This document shows positions 1 to 11,017 of a stretch of 64,000 nt of DNA, in pieces. The notes beneath the pieces were generated by a model. It searched no databases and was not told where the DNA came from. It worked only from the letters and a program-made list of their open reading frames with translations. Each line of letters starts with the position of its first letter. Within the stretch, counting starts at the first letter, position 1. Made by a program: the position numbers and the translations under genes. The stretch comes from Piedraia hortae CBS 480.64 (Eukaryota). The DNA is taken from positions 1 to 64,000 of the forward strand of contig MU006009.1 in the NCBI GenBank assembly GCA_010093745.1, written 5' to 3'.

Positions 1-44
1 CTAGTTGACGCGTGAAGTCGAGAGCCGAGCGACGGTTACTAATA

Positions 45-1850
45 ATGCGCGTAATATACCGCATATTCACAACACTATCATCCGCAGCGGATAAATTTAC
101 GGTGGCAATGTTTTCTCTTCAAAGATACGCCGTGTACATAGGCCTAGCTGTGTTAATTCTGGTGAGTTTTGGGTACTATCGATCGGGGACTTTGAACGGC
201 GTCTCCACAATAAAGCCACAAGGGAGATTTGATTGGAGCAGTGTAACCCTGCATTATCCAGTCTCAGATCTCACTCCTTTGCCTATTCGAGCGCCGCACA
301 TCCTTCCCAACGTCCAGTTTGACTTTCCAAAAGAAACCCCAGACCAAAAGGATCAGAGAGAACAACGTAGAGCGGCGGTCAAGTCGACGTTTGAACGATG
401 TTGGGACGCCTACAAGAAATTTGCTTGGGGTCATGATGAACTGGCTCCTATATCTGGAGGCGTCAAAGACGTATTTGGTGGCTGGGCGGCTACGTTGGTG
501 GATAATCTGGACAATCTCTGGATCATGAATATGAAAACTGATTTCGATGAAGCCGTGAATGCTGCTGCGGCTATCGATTTGGGACGATCGACGCTGGAAA
601 CGGTCAATGTGTTCGAAACGACGATTCGCCATTTGGGTGGATTTCTGTCCGCCTACGACCTAAGTGGAGATAGGCGGTGTTTGGAAAAGGCCAAAGCTTT
701 TGGAGAAATGTTGCTGAGGGCGTTTGATACGCCGAATCATCTTCCCATAACCAGGTGGAAGCCACACCTTGCGTTGAGTGGTCCTCAGGAAGCCGATGAG
801 GTCGTGCTTGTCGCAGAAATTGGTTCATTGGAAATGGAATTCACTCGTCTGTCTCAATTAACCGGCGATGATCGTTGGTACGATGCTGTTGCAAGGATCA
901 TTCGTTTGTTCGACGAACAACAGTTCAAGACGCACCTGCCTGGAATGTGGCCTGTCACGGTCGATGCTCAAAATGCAGACTTTACCAAAGACACCTTCTT
1001 CACCCTCTCCGCCATGTCTGACAGTCTGTACGAGTATTTCCCAAAGATGCATGCCCTCCTCGGCGGAGTTGACCCCGTCTACAAGAAACTGTACGACGGG
1101 AGCATGAAAACAGCCATCGAACACAACCTCTTCCGGCCCATGGTCCCCGACAACGCCGACATCTTGCTATCTGGCAACGTGCGAGCCGAAGGAGGAGCAA
1201 AACCTCAACTCGCACCTCAGGGCCAACATCTCGTCTGTTTTGCCGGTGGCATGTTTGCCCTTGGCGGAAAAATCTTCAACGAGCCCAGCCACGTCGAAAT
1301 CGGCAAAAAATTGACCAACGGCTGCATCTGGATGTACAAAAACTCTCCTCTGGGAATCATGCCAGAAGTGTTTGAAATGCTTCCTTGCGAAAACCCCAAG
1401 CGGTGTAAGTGGGACGAGAAGAAATGGAAGGAAACTGTAAAGTCTCGACAGAAAGCCTCCGATGCAGATAGTGTGATTGCGGAGAAGAGAATCCCCAAAG
1501 GATTCACCGAACTCTCTGATACGCGCTACATTCTTCGACCAGAGGCGATTGAGTCTGTCTTCATCCTCTACCGCATCACGGGAGATAGACATCTTCTAGA
1601 CGCTGCATGGGACATGTTTACAGCCATTACGAATGCAACTAAAACGGGTCTTGCTCATGCTGCCATAGCGGACATGACCTCGCCGGAGCCTGCAGACGTG
1701 CAGATGGACAGCATGGAGTCGTTTTGGATGGCCGAGACTCTGAAATACTTTTATCTGATTTTCAGCGAACCGGACTTGATCAGCCTGGATGAGTGGGTGT
1801 TTAACACCGAGGCGCATCCGTTTAAAAGGAGGGTTGCTGCTGCGCAATGA
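45..1850 (+). CDS. GH47 class I alpha-1,2-mannosidase, type II membrane protein (start 45 or 108)
   Basis: Motifs AWGHDELAP, FGGWAATLVDNLD, VFETTIRHLGG, DSLYEY, HLVCFAGG, YILRPEAIES, MESFWMAETLKY, FNTEAHP; N-terminal hydrophobic anchor. Confidence 0.95.
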   Translation: MRVIYRIFTTLSSAADKFTVAMFSLQRYAVYIGLAVLILVSFGYYRSGTLNGVSTIKPQGRFDWSSVTLHYPVSDLTPLPIRAPHILPNVQFDFPKETPDQKDQREQRRAAVKSTFERCWDAYKKFAWGHDELAPISGGVKDVFGGWAATLVDNLDNLWIMNMKTDFDEAVNAAAAIDLGRSTLETVNVFETTIRHLGGFLSAYDLSGDRRCLEKAKAFGEMLLRAFDTPNHLPITRWKPHLALSGPQEADEVVLVAEIGSLEMEFTRLSQLTGDDRWYDAVARIIRLFDEQQFKTHLPGMWPVTVDAQNADFTKDTFFTLSAMSDSLYEYFPKMHALLGGVDPVYKKLYDGSMKTAIEHNLFRPMVPDNADILLSGNVRAEGGAKPQLAPQGQHLVCFAGGMFALGGKIFNEPSHVEIGKKLTNGCIWMYKNSPLGIMPEVFEMLPCENPKRCKWDEKKWKETVKSRQKASDADSVIAEKRIPKGFTELSDTRYILRPEAIESVFILYRITGDRHLLDAAWDMFTAITNATKTGLAHAAIADMTSPEPADVQMDSMESFWMAETLKYFYLIFSEPDLISLDEWVFNTEAHPFKRRVAAAQ

Positions 1851-2537
1851 AATGAAATGAGGGTTGCTGCTGCTTTGTACCTACGCATCCGCAAAAGGTT
1901 GTCATTGTTTGGCACCTAATTTTTGTATATGTACTTTTTCGAGCACTCACTTTTGATTGTACTGTCGTTCTTTCTAAGAGGGGAACAAAACGTGGGTAGG
2001 GGAGGCAGGCTTTTACAAGCCAGCGGCCTCAGCGACAAAGGTGGAATCTTGCCCAGCTCATTAGGTGGGGAAGTAGTGCTCGGAGACCCTTGGGGGATCC
2101 AAATAGCACTTTAAATTGGGTTATCATCGTTACTCACTCTTTTCCCTCCGCTCTATCCTGGTCCAGGTCATGTGTCATCCACATGTGCGACGAATTCTTG
2201 GCAGAAGTGGGGCAGGTTCCAAATTGGCACCTTTCCCGTTCATTTTGTGAACTCTATGGGAAACATTATGGTGCTTCTCTCAGGCTGCATAGACCTAAGA
2301 TTACACTATGCACATGGAAATCGGACCAGAATCTCTGATACCACTCCTAAGACTTGTAGTAAATATTCTTCACTCACCCACAAATCTCACCCAACTAAAC
2401 CCAACTTAACCCGCCCCAAAACTCCACCCAACAGAACTCAATAGCCTCACAATAAAATCCACCCACGTAAATGGCTCTACCATATTCCAAAACTCCCTGC
2501 TCCCTCCAAAACACCAACAACACCAACACCAGCAAAA

Positions 2538-3256
2538 ATGTCCTACACAGACTCCGATTTCCCGTACGCCCCCATGAGCGCGCACCAAACCGTCACTGAA
2601 GGAACCACCTACGGGTCAGAGTACCACTCACCCCCGCCCCCCAATCCCTATTCAAACGGGCAGCAAGCCGCATCCCCCAACTACGAACCTTCGTTCGACA
2701 GCACATTCTTGCCAGACTACGAAACCCCTCCCTCCATTCCCACCTTCCCACCGTCAGCTCTGGCCCACCTTCCCTTCGACCATAAACCCCCCCCCCCCCC
2801 GGGTCATCCGGACCGGGGGCCAGCCCATTCTACATCCCGATGCTTAACGACCTCACCTCGCAAGTTACCCCACACCTCACCGCAATGGAATCCCACCTCG
2901 CCGACCAAAAGCTGAACGACAAGCTCCAGCGTCTAAGAAACCAACGCACGACCCGCCTCCGCGCATCGCGCCCCGTCCGGCCGAGCATCGCCCCTCCGCT
3001 GCTGCTCTTGCGGAAGAAAAACCTCAGTCTCGTCGCGGAGGTGGGGGAGCTGGAAACTGAAATTGAGGGGAAGAAGCGCTTCGCGGGGGGTCTATCTAGT
3101 GAACTTAGGGTGAAGAGGTTCGTGGTGGCGGTTAGGAGGGATTGGGTTATGTTTAATGGGATTAGGAAGGGGGAGTTGGGGAGGATGATAAAGAGGGAGA
3201 AGGAGAAGGTTGAGGGGTTGAGGAGGGAGATTGATGAGGTGGGTATTTTGATGTAA
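2538..3256 (+). CDS. Hypothetical protein (Pro-rich N-terminus, charged coiled-coil-like C-terminus) split by a frameshift at a C14 run
   Basis: ORFs 2538-2915 and 2840-3256 fuse into one 239-aa frame if the C run at 2787-2800 is 15 instead of 14; AAAAATG start context. Confidence 0.5.
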
Positions 3257-3683
3257 GGTGATGAATTTCTTTGGTTAGTTTTGGTGCTGACGATAGGCGC
3301 GATGTGGAGGTTAAGGTAGATGATATGGTGGGGTGGTGCTATAATTGTGAGTATGTGGGGAAGGAGGTGGATCAGAGGAATGTGTCTGTACAGTCGATTG
3401 AGAGGCAGTGAGGGGGTTATGGGAGAGTGATGAGACGATCGAGAATTAAGAAGCATGAAGGGGTGTGACGAAAAGGTAGTTTTAACTTTCAATATGACAC
3501 TTTTTCTGTGCAATGTTTAGGCTATTTGTCACACACCTTTCATCATAACGAAATTTTTGTCCATTGCTTTCGAACTATCTGCCTGGAATCTATGAAAGAT
3601 ACAACCAATCACTAGACGGTCGAACGAAAGAATCGCCAACAGTTTAATCGTAGGCAGAACCTTGACGAGGTTCTTGGCAAACC

Positions 3684-5095
3684 CTAAAGCCGACCTTGGA
3701 TGAGTGTTGATGGCCAAGTTGACGGAGGCGAAGGCGTCGATGACTGGCTGAAAGTTCTCGCGTGTATAGGGGTCCTGGCCGGATTCCCACGCTGAGATTG
3801 CACATGAGGCGGCACCAACGTCGTCCTCACTTGGGGGCTGCTCTCGATGACGGGCATCCTCCAGTCAGTGATAGAGCTGGCTGCCCATTCAAGCCAGAAA
3901 CCAGAGCGGGAGATGCCTTGGGTTGTCGCTGAAGAGGTACCCGCCAATCCGGTCGAGTATGGCACGGATTCCGAGCTGAACGGGTCCAGACCGTGCTTGC
4001 CTCCGGCCAGGAAGCGCTCCAGCATTGCCTGCTGCGCGAGGTGGATGAGCCGGCAATGGGGGTGCAGGACGCCGGGGAAACGGGAAGCCAGGAACACGCG
4101 GAAGATGAGCTTGAAGCCTTCATGGTCCAAGGCGAAGAACCGCATCATGGGGAAACACGGGCATCACGGCGGTCGAGAATGTTTGCCGCGCAAAGAGCAG
4201 GGCAGACAGTCGGACGTTCACAACCTGCTCCATGTGGAACTCGAAGGTGTCCCCCCTCGCTGCTGCCAAAACCTGGCTTGCCTCCCTTGCAAACGGATGA
4301 CCGCGCTCGTCTCTGGCCTGTAGCGTGGCCAAGTGACAGTACCTCCTCTCCCGGGTGGTAGCTGTCAGAGGAGAAGGAAAGAATTCATACCCTAGTCGAT
4401 GGCAGAGCGAATATCTCTAGATTGATGCGTTCTGGCAGGAAACCCTCCTGATTAAATACAAGCGAGACCCTTGTCCTCAATTCCTTTCACATCTTCATCT
4501 CCTCCATACCGAGACGGACCCGGTCTGCCCAACCTCACTGCAAGTGGCAGACTTCTGACAGTGGCTGCAATTTTGGGGCTCGTCGAAGGGCAGACAAGGA
4601 CCTTGGTGGCAAGCTAGCAGATCGGCCACGATGTACCGGACCACATTGTTGTAGCTTTCAACGAGAAGGAAGAGAGGCAAAGGATGCAGCCCATGTGGGA
4701 GTGTGTTGACAGAGGGCAAGCTAGTCTAACATATCGAAGGGGTTGTATGAATCGGGTGACGGCCTGATCATCTTCGCTTGCAGTTGCTGGGACGCTTCAG
4801 ACGGCTTCTTTGTCGGCTTTGCTTGCGACTGCTCGGACGCTTGAGACGACTTCCCGATCCTCTTTGCTGGAGGTCGCTCAGACCCCTCGGACTTTCTCCT
4901 GGTCCGCTTTGGTGCCTTTTTAATAGGTCTTGGTGCGATATCCGTGTCCTTCACGGCGTTTGATGCGACATCGCCACCTCCCCGACGGACAGTCTGCGCA
5001 TCTATTGGCAATGCATCTACGTCCACTACAGGACGTGCCACCTGCTGCGGACCAATGGGCTCTACATCGACTGCTTTTGACCCTGCATGTGCCAC
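3684..5095 (-). pseudogene. Degenerate coding relic of unknown family
   Basis: Chain of minus-strand ORF fragments (4721-5095, 4495-4719, 4120-4332, 3684-4148); the last two join by a 1-nt shift in a C4 run near 4150; no recognisable domain. Confidence 0.3.
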
Positions 5096-6007
5096 TGACT
5101 GCGGGCCAGCGATCCTAGTCGGCGTAACAGCGTCCTCGTTCTTCCCACGTTATCCTCTTCGGCGTAGTGGTTCAGAGTCGACTCGATAGACGAAAAGAGC
5201 TTATCAAGCAACTCCTTGCTCTTGTCGACAAAAATTTAGCTGTACAACCCAAAATCCTTCACGAGCTGCCGGCAGTTTAACTGGCAATGGACCTGCTGAC
5301 CGAGCTACGTTGACCCTGTACCACCTTCCAGTCTGGGCGCAGTTCATGACCGTTTGTACCGGAGTGGGAGAGGAGGGGACCAAGTGTACAGTGTCGTGAG
5401 TGGATGATTAGTGATCGTATCTACAAAGAGAGAACAAAAACACTTAAACTATGGAATGCAGTATCAAAACAACAATATCCCTGGAATGCAACATCGCCAC
5501 AGCAATACTTAAGTGGACAACCCCTGGCACGAATATCGAAAAGCAGAAAATGTATTGTTATAATCGTGAAGGAGGGCGACGAGACTTAACTGCTTGAGGA
5601 GAGCGATAACGGGAACTACACTGAGGTGCTATCTCCTAGGCCAGCCGGGATTTATGAATCAAGTTCGTGCTCTGTATTTCACGAACCCATTCCAGTGTTT
5701 CTATCACAACAAAGATACCCAAGGGAGACTACATCCAGCACGAATATCGGAAAACCGGAAAAGGTATCTCACATAACCCTCTACCTATGCATAGAACTCT
5801 TACCCCCCTTTATGTATAACCACCAATAAAATAACCCCATCTCCCCCGGCCATTCGACCTCAACATGCCAACACCTCTCCCTTTGCATTCATCAATACAT
5901 CCCCCCACCCCCCAGCTCAGTGCATCTCATCATGCCCACCCCCTACCCCCCGCCTCAGCAGTCCCCTCAACATCTCCCCCCTTCTCTCATTAACCCACAT
6001 CGCCACC

Positions 6008-6424
6008 CTACTCTTCCTGTGCATCCCCTCCCTTTTTGCAACGCCCCTTTTCTTCCTCCCAGCCATCTTCCTCAATACGCAAATCACCTCCCCTCTGCAA
6101 ACGCTGCAGAGCCTTCAACTTTTCGTCTCTCTTGTTCTTCGCATGATGTAATTCTTTGGGTGACATGTTCCCGCTAATATTGGAGCTCCGCGAGGGTTGC
6201 GCGGAGGTGGGAGATATGGGATGCTGCTGCGTCGTGTTGGGTTGGGATTGGGGTGGGGGTGGATTCGAATGAGGAGTAGTTCTAATGGGTTCCCTGGGGA
6301 TGAGGGGGGGGGGGGGGGGAGGGCTGGGGGCTGTGCTGTGGTTGCAGTATGGCTGTTGAGGGATTTGCGTTGTTGGATGGCGTGGGCTGCATGGCGGGTG
6401 GGAGTTTTCTTTGTTGGATGGCAT
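6008..6424 (-). CDS. Hypothetical small Pro-rich/charged protein, possibly truncated
   Basis: Open frame from ATG 6424 (MPSNKENSHPP) through a poly-C tract into a charged tail; biased composition weakens the ORF evidence. Confidence 0.3.
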   Translation of the reverse strand: MPSNKENSHPPCSPRHPTTQIPQQPYCNHSTAPSPPPPPPLIPREPIRTTPHSNPPPPQSQPNTTQQHPISPTSAQPSRSSNISGNMSPKELHHAKNKRDEKLKALQRLQRGGDLRIEEDGWEEEKGRCKKGGDAQEE

Positions 6425-7520
6425 TGCGATTGTGTTAATAAGGGAAATAGAGATTGGAGGAAGGGAGAGGAGAAGAAGGGGAGTGAAGGTTGGGAGAATT
6501 GGGCTTGCTTGGTGAGGGTTGTCTTGACCTGGGTGGATGGTTGATAGGGTGTGCATGAGGCTTCGTGTTTGTGTTAGCTTGAGTAGAGATGGGTGGAGTT
6601 TTGAGTGAAGTGGGATGCTCATGCTGTTGGGCAGATGATTCGCGTTGTATTTTATCTGATTGTGCCAGAACATGAGTATGTGTGTAATGCTAACTACACT
6701 ACGGCTACGCCTCGCGAATCAATATGAGTACAAAACTGTGGCCCAATGAACTAAACTGTTCAGCCAAATGCTTGTCCGTAAAGTATGTCAGCAAAGGACG
6801 CACACAGCCAGATTGCGCAGGCTGCCGGTCGTGGGGCATTGTCGAAAAGCCCAACATCATGGTCCGGCCTTTCCCTGCCCTCGCTCACATCACTTGTTAC
6901 TCCTGGCGATGGCTGAAATTATCGACACCGATGAGCCACTGGGACCTGGTTGATGTAATTGTTCAGGTTGTAGGAAATTTTTGTTGTCCGACGGAAATGT
7001 AGGTATCTTGGTCTTGGCACCCCTGATTACCCGGTCAGGTAAGGCGCCCGACCTCATTCCATCCACCGAGTGCGTTTTGCAACGCGCCGTCTGACTGTCA
7101 GAAGCCACGTACCTATATAGATTCCTTCATTCTCACTCAGGGTCTTCGAATCTTTTTGCATGCTGTCTGTCTAGTGTTTTTGTCGAGTTCGTCCATTTTA
7201 ATTCCCTCTCGTCGTATCTCGTTTTCCGTAGGATCGTAGTACAAAGGTGACTCTCAGATCAACTCGGCGGAAACGAGACTGAGATATCTTACTATATTGA
7301 TGTCTAGCTACGATAACTTTTTCCCGCCAACGTAACGTATCAGCGGCATGGGCCGTTCCGCCTACCGACTCCAACCCTATAACAGATTGTGTAACTATTT
7401 CCATTCAGTTGTTCTTATCTAAATCGCACGATTGGACGCACCGCGAATTTGCAGCTCAGGTACATTTTGACGCAAGCCTATATATATATCAGCAATTCAT
7501 TAACATCAACATGTCAACAT

Positions 7521-7635
7521 GCGAGCGTGGTGCAGTTGGTTACCACATCTGTCTAACAGAGGTGGCTTTGGGTTCACTCAAAGTTCAGTCCTGTCAGTCC
7601 ACAGAAGACCCCCGGTTCGAGCCCGGGCGCTCGTA
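7521..7635 (+). tRNA. tRNA-Val(AAC) with 41-nt intron (7559-7599)
   Basis: Acceptor stem GCGAGCG/CGCTCGT, anticodon stem TCTGT/ACAGA with CT-AAC-A, T arm CCCGG-TTCGAGC-CCGGG, upstream TATATATA, downstream poly-T. Confidence 0.93.
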
Positions 7636-7642
7636 CTTTCAA

Positions 7643-7653
7643 TTTTTTTTTTT
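7643..7653 (+). terminator. Pol III poly-T terminator of tRNA-Val
   Basis: Long T run a few nt after the discriminator base. Confidence 0.7.
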
Positions 7654-8054
7654 ATTTTGCACCTACACATGCAAAACAAGAAACTTTCCAGGCAATCAAT
7701 CGCCATCAGAAGGTGGTTGATAGTCATACAAGGCGCAAATTTGTGTAGCACAGCGCATTCCATCCTATCTAGATGCTGTTAAAAGTGATATAAAAAAATA
7801 TTCGCCACAAGTCTGCAAACATCGAGTTCCCCACGTCTCCATGACTTGACAGTCGATTGTACCATGCACATTGTACCAGGCCTCAACCGTCCATGGACCT
7901 CGTACCCAACCCCCCCATCAAAACAGCAAACAATCAGACAGGAAAGAATAAACCATATCACCCTCCCATCATCATCAATCTGACCGCGCAGCGAATTTAC
8001 ACAGTCCCTGCTCCGAAAGGCCGACCTCAATAAAATAACCTATCAATTGAACCC

Positions 8055-8623
8055 CTACAACGTAAGATTATACCCAAACTCATCCCCCCTCTGGGCCGTC
8101 CAGAGGATCACACAAGCGAGCATAACCCCCGCATTCGCCAACAAACCCTCCACCCCCATACCCAGTGCGGGCCACTCCGCGCCCTTAGTCACATACTTCA
8201 ACACCAACACGGCCACACCACCAGCTAGACCCCCCGCTAGGGCTGCGAACCCAACGAATAACCAAACCCTCAGCCTCCACTGGTGATTCTCATCACCGTA
8301 CCCTGCTCCCTCGCCGAGTAGATGGTCTTTATTGATTAGATTGATGATTATTAGGCCGAGGAAGGAGAAGATGGCGGGGACCCAGTCTAGGAATGTGACG
8401 TGGAAGAGGGAACCGTTGAGATGGGATGAGGACCAGAGAGATGCGTCGAGGAGGGAGAAGAGGCTTATTGAGAACTGGATTTGTTAGTTAGGGTAGGGAT
8501 GCTTCGCGAGGGGGGGAGGTGGGGGGGGATTACGAGGGCGCCGGAGGTGTAGACGCCAATGGCGCGGGTGTGGGAGGTGAGGATGGGTGGGAGGGAGATG
8601 CGGAAGAGGTGGTCGGTCGACAT
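8055..8623 (-). CDS. VPS68: Vacuolar protein sorting protein Vps68 (exons 8623-8534, 8474-8055)
   Basis: Manual splice (GTAATC..CTAAC..CAG) gives MSTDHLFRISLP..AIGVYTSGALF..HVTFLDWVPAIFSFLG..VGFAALAGGLAG..YNLTL*, the Vps68/UPF0220 pattern; absent from the ORF track. Confidence 0.9.
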
Positions 8624-8820
8624 TATGTGCGTGGAGTAGATCGTGGGTTGGTTGGTTGAGTGGTTCGCGGATTGGCTGGTAGGAGGCAGTGCGGTAGGTG
8701 ACGGTTGGTGAAGGCGACGTTGATAGATGCCTAGTTGGGTCTAGTGTCGGGACGACCCGCGACAGTCGCATTGCGGTGGGGGTTTTTTTTTTTTTTTGGC
8801 TTCGCTGCACACGAAGAATA

Positions 8821-9411
8821 ATGGCAAAGACTGCGCCGAAGGCAGCATCGAAGGGCAAAGCGAAGGGAAATGCAAAATCCTCCGGAAAGACTAAAGCCAA
8901 GCCAAAGGGCGTTCAGTCCAAAGAACACAAACCGAAACCTGTCCCACCGAAGAAAGCCCAACCACCGCATAAGCGATACACGGATAAGCAGCTATCACTT
9001 CCAACGCTAAATGGGATTGTCCCCGCGGGGGTTCAGAAGAGACCTAGGGGCAAGAAGGGAAAGGTTTTTGTTGAGGACGAGAAGTCGCTTCAGGCGATTC
9101 TGGCGATGGTCATGGCGGAGAAGGAGGGGGATTTGGAGTCTAAGTTGAAGAGGCAGAGACAGCTGGAAGAGGTGAGGAGGACGAAACAGGAGGTTATGGA
9201 GCAGAGGAAGGATCAGAAGCAGAAGGAGTGGGAGGAGAGGAAGAAGAGGTTGAAGAAGAGGAAGGGAGAGGGGAAAGATAAAGGTGGTTCTAAAGGTGGT
9301 AAGGATGGTTCTAAAGATGGTTCTCGATGCGGCAAAGACGCTGCTACTGCCCCACGCAAGGACAGATCTTTAGGCGGAATCCCGCAGAAGCGCGTTCGCT
9401 TCGTTACGTAG
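8821..9411 (+). CDS. LOC1: 60S ribosomal subunit assembly/export protein Loc1
   Basis: Lys-rich; LPTLNGIVPAGVQK..KKGKVFVED..ILAMVMAEKEGDLESKL..RQLEEVR matches the filamentous-fungal Loc1 core. Confidence 0.8.
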   Translation: MAKTAPKAASKGKAKGNAKSSGKTKAKPKGVQSKEHKPKPVPPKKAQPPHKRYTDKQLSLPTLNGIVPAGVQKRPRGKKGKVFVEDEKSLQAILAMVMAEKEGDLESKLKRQRQLEEVRRTKQEVMEQRKDQKQKEWEERKKRLKKRKGEGKDKGGSKGGKDGSKDGSRCGKDAATAPRKDRSLGGIPQKRVRFVT

Positions 9412-10850
9412 GTATGCTTTACGTCTGGTTGCACCAAACACGAACGGTTTCTTCCTTTCAGCAGCTTTCTGAATAGGCGGATTCACGCCGTCGACTTCTC
9501 GGCTGAAACGGTTGAAGAAGTTGATAATCTTTGCGGTCAGTGTGGATCAATCCTGAATGGGTGGTGTTCTCACCGGCTTAACATGCCATCTCCCTCCCCC
9601 AAGCTCGAACCAGCCTAGATGGCCACCGCCTGCGGAAGCTGCAAGGACGATATAAGGATTCCTCTCAATCTCCTGGTACGGCACGCCGGCGTCAGCAGCG
9701 ATGGGATCATCCTTTGCATGCAACGCAAGCGTAGGCACGCGAATGTCGAGCAAAACATCACACGAACTCGCATCGCGATAGTAGGCTGATTCGGTCGGGT
9801 ATCCCCACGTTGGGCCCTGGATCTCGCGGTCGAACTCGTGCAGGTAGCGGAGTTTCATGACTCTTTCCTCTGAGATTTCTGGGTTGTTGGACAGAATGGC
9901 TTCGCGGTGGGTCAGGAACAGCTTCTTCATGTTCTCTCCCATGACCTTGCTGTATAGATGAAGCCCCAGCCAGCTGCTCTGCAGCACGTAAGAGCTGAGC
10001 TCGAGGTTCCATGGATTGGACACCAGCGCTGCTGCGCGGAGGGAGCAAGACTGGCCCTCTTCGCCGAGGTACTGCTGGTCCTTAGACACAATATACCAGA
10101 ATACATCTTGAAACTCACGTTTGCGAGAATGTTCGCGCCAAGAGAGTATCCAACAGCATAAAGGGGACGATTGGGCCAGACTTCTCTGCACCACTGGACT
10201 ATCTGGCGGATATCCCATGTCGCTCGGGCGTTGTAAAGGATTGAACTGGTGATCTTGCTACCAGCGCACCCGCGAGAGTTGACTACGAGACATTCCCATT
10301 CGCCGCCACTGGGACCGAAGTTTGCCTCACCCTTGGTAGATTGCGTCGATGTGGCGCGTTGAGCCACCAGAGGGGCAATTACGTGGCGGAGATAGATCTC
10401 ATACGATCCCCCAGAGAGGCCGTGAAGGGTAATCAGTAACGGCTTAGTATCGTCTGAAGGTAGACTGGCGAATTCTTCGTTGGTGAAATACGTCGTTCGC
10501 GGTGGAAGTGAGATATGTCCTACCCCAGTTGGATCCTCCCTGAGGCCGACATCTTCCACTTGAGAATCATCTGCCTTCGCTGGCAAAGGCTTGGGCGGCG
10601 AAACGACAAAGTCTACGGCAAAGGTACCTGGAAACGATGGGTTGTTGGAGGAGAACACGCGTCGTTTGTAGTGCACTGGCGGCCCGGGGGTTTTGTAAGC
10701 TGTCCAAGCCGTTTGAAGGTGGCCATTGAAGAGAAAGGGGTTCAGATCACAAGGGGGAGTTATTTCCTGGACGAATTGAGGCAACAGAACTGATCCGGAG
10801 GATGTTGAAAGGGTTACAGGATCAGCTGAATGACAAAATGTCAAAGGCAT
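9370..10850 (-). CDS. Alpha/beta hydrolase, EHT1/EEB1/YheT family (exons 10850-10119, 10071-9574, 9528-9370)
   Basis: FNGHLQTAWT, LHGLSGGSYE, NSRGCAG, nucleophile GYSLG, HAKDDPI, GGHLGWF; introns of 47 and 45 nt. Confidence 0.9.
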
Positions 10851-11017
10851 GTTGGTGAAGCTGGAAGCAAATTCACATGCCGAGGCGTTTCATGTCAGTT
10901 GGGACGAACAAAGATGGCAAGGAAAGTGTAGATGGTGTATCAGATCGAGATATATCTACGAATGTATCAGATTGAGGTAGTATCGGAGGTCACGCAAAGT
11001 GACGCCTTCATCACAAA

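Noticed and set aside
6859..7002. Short ORF whose start resembles the F-box gene start (MVRPFP versus MARPLP)
   Set aside because: Similarity covers only a few codons.
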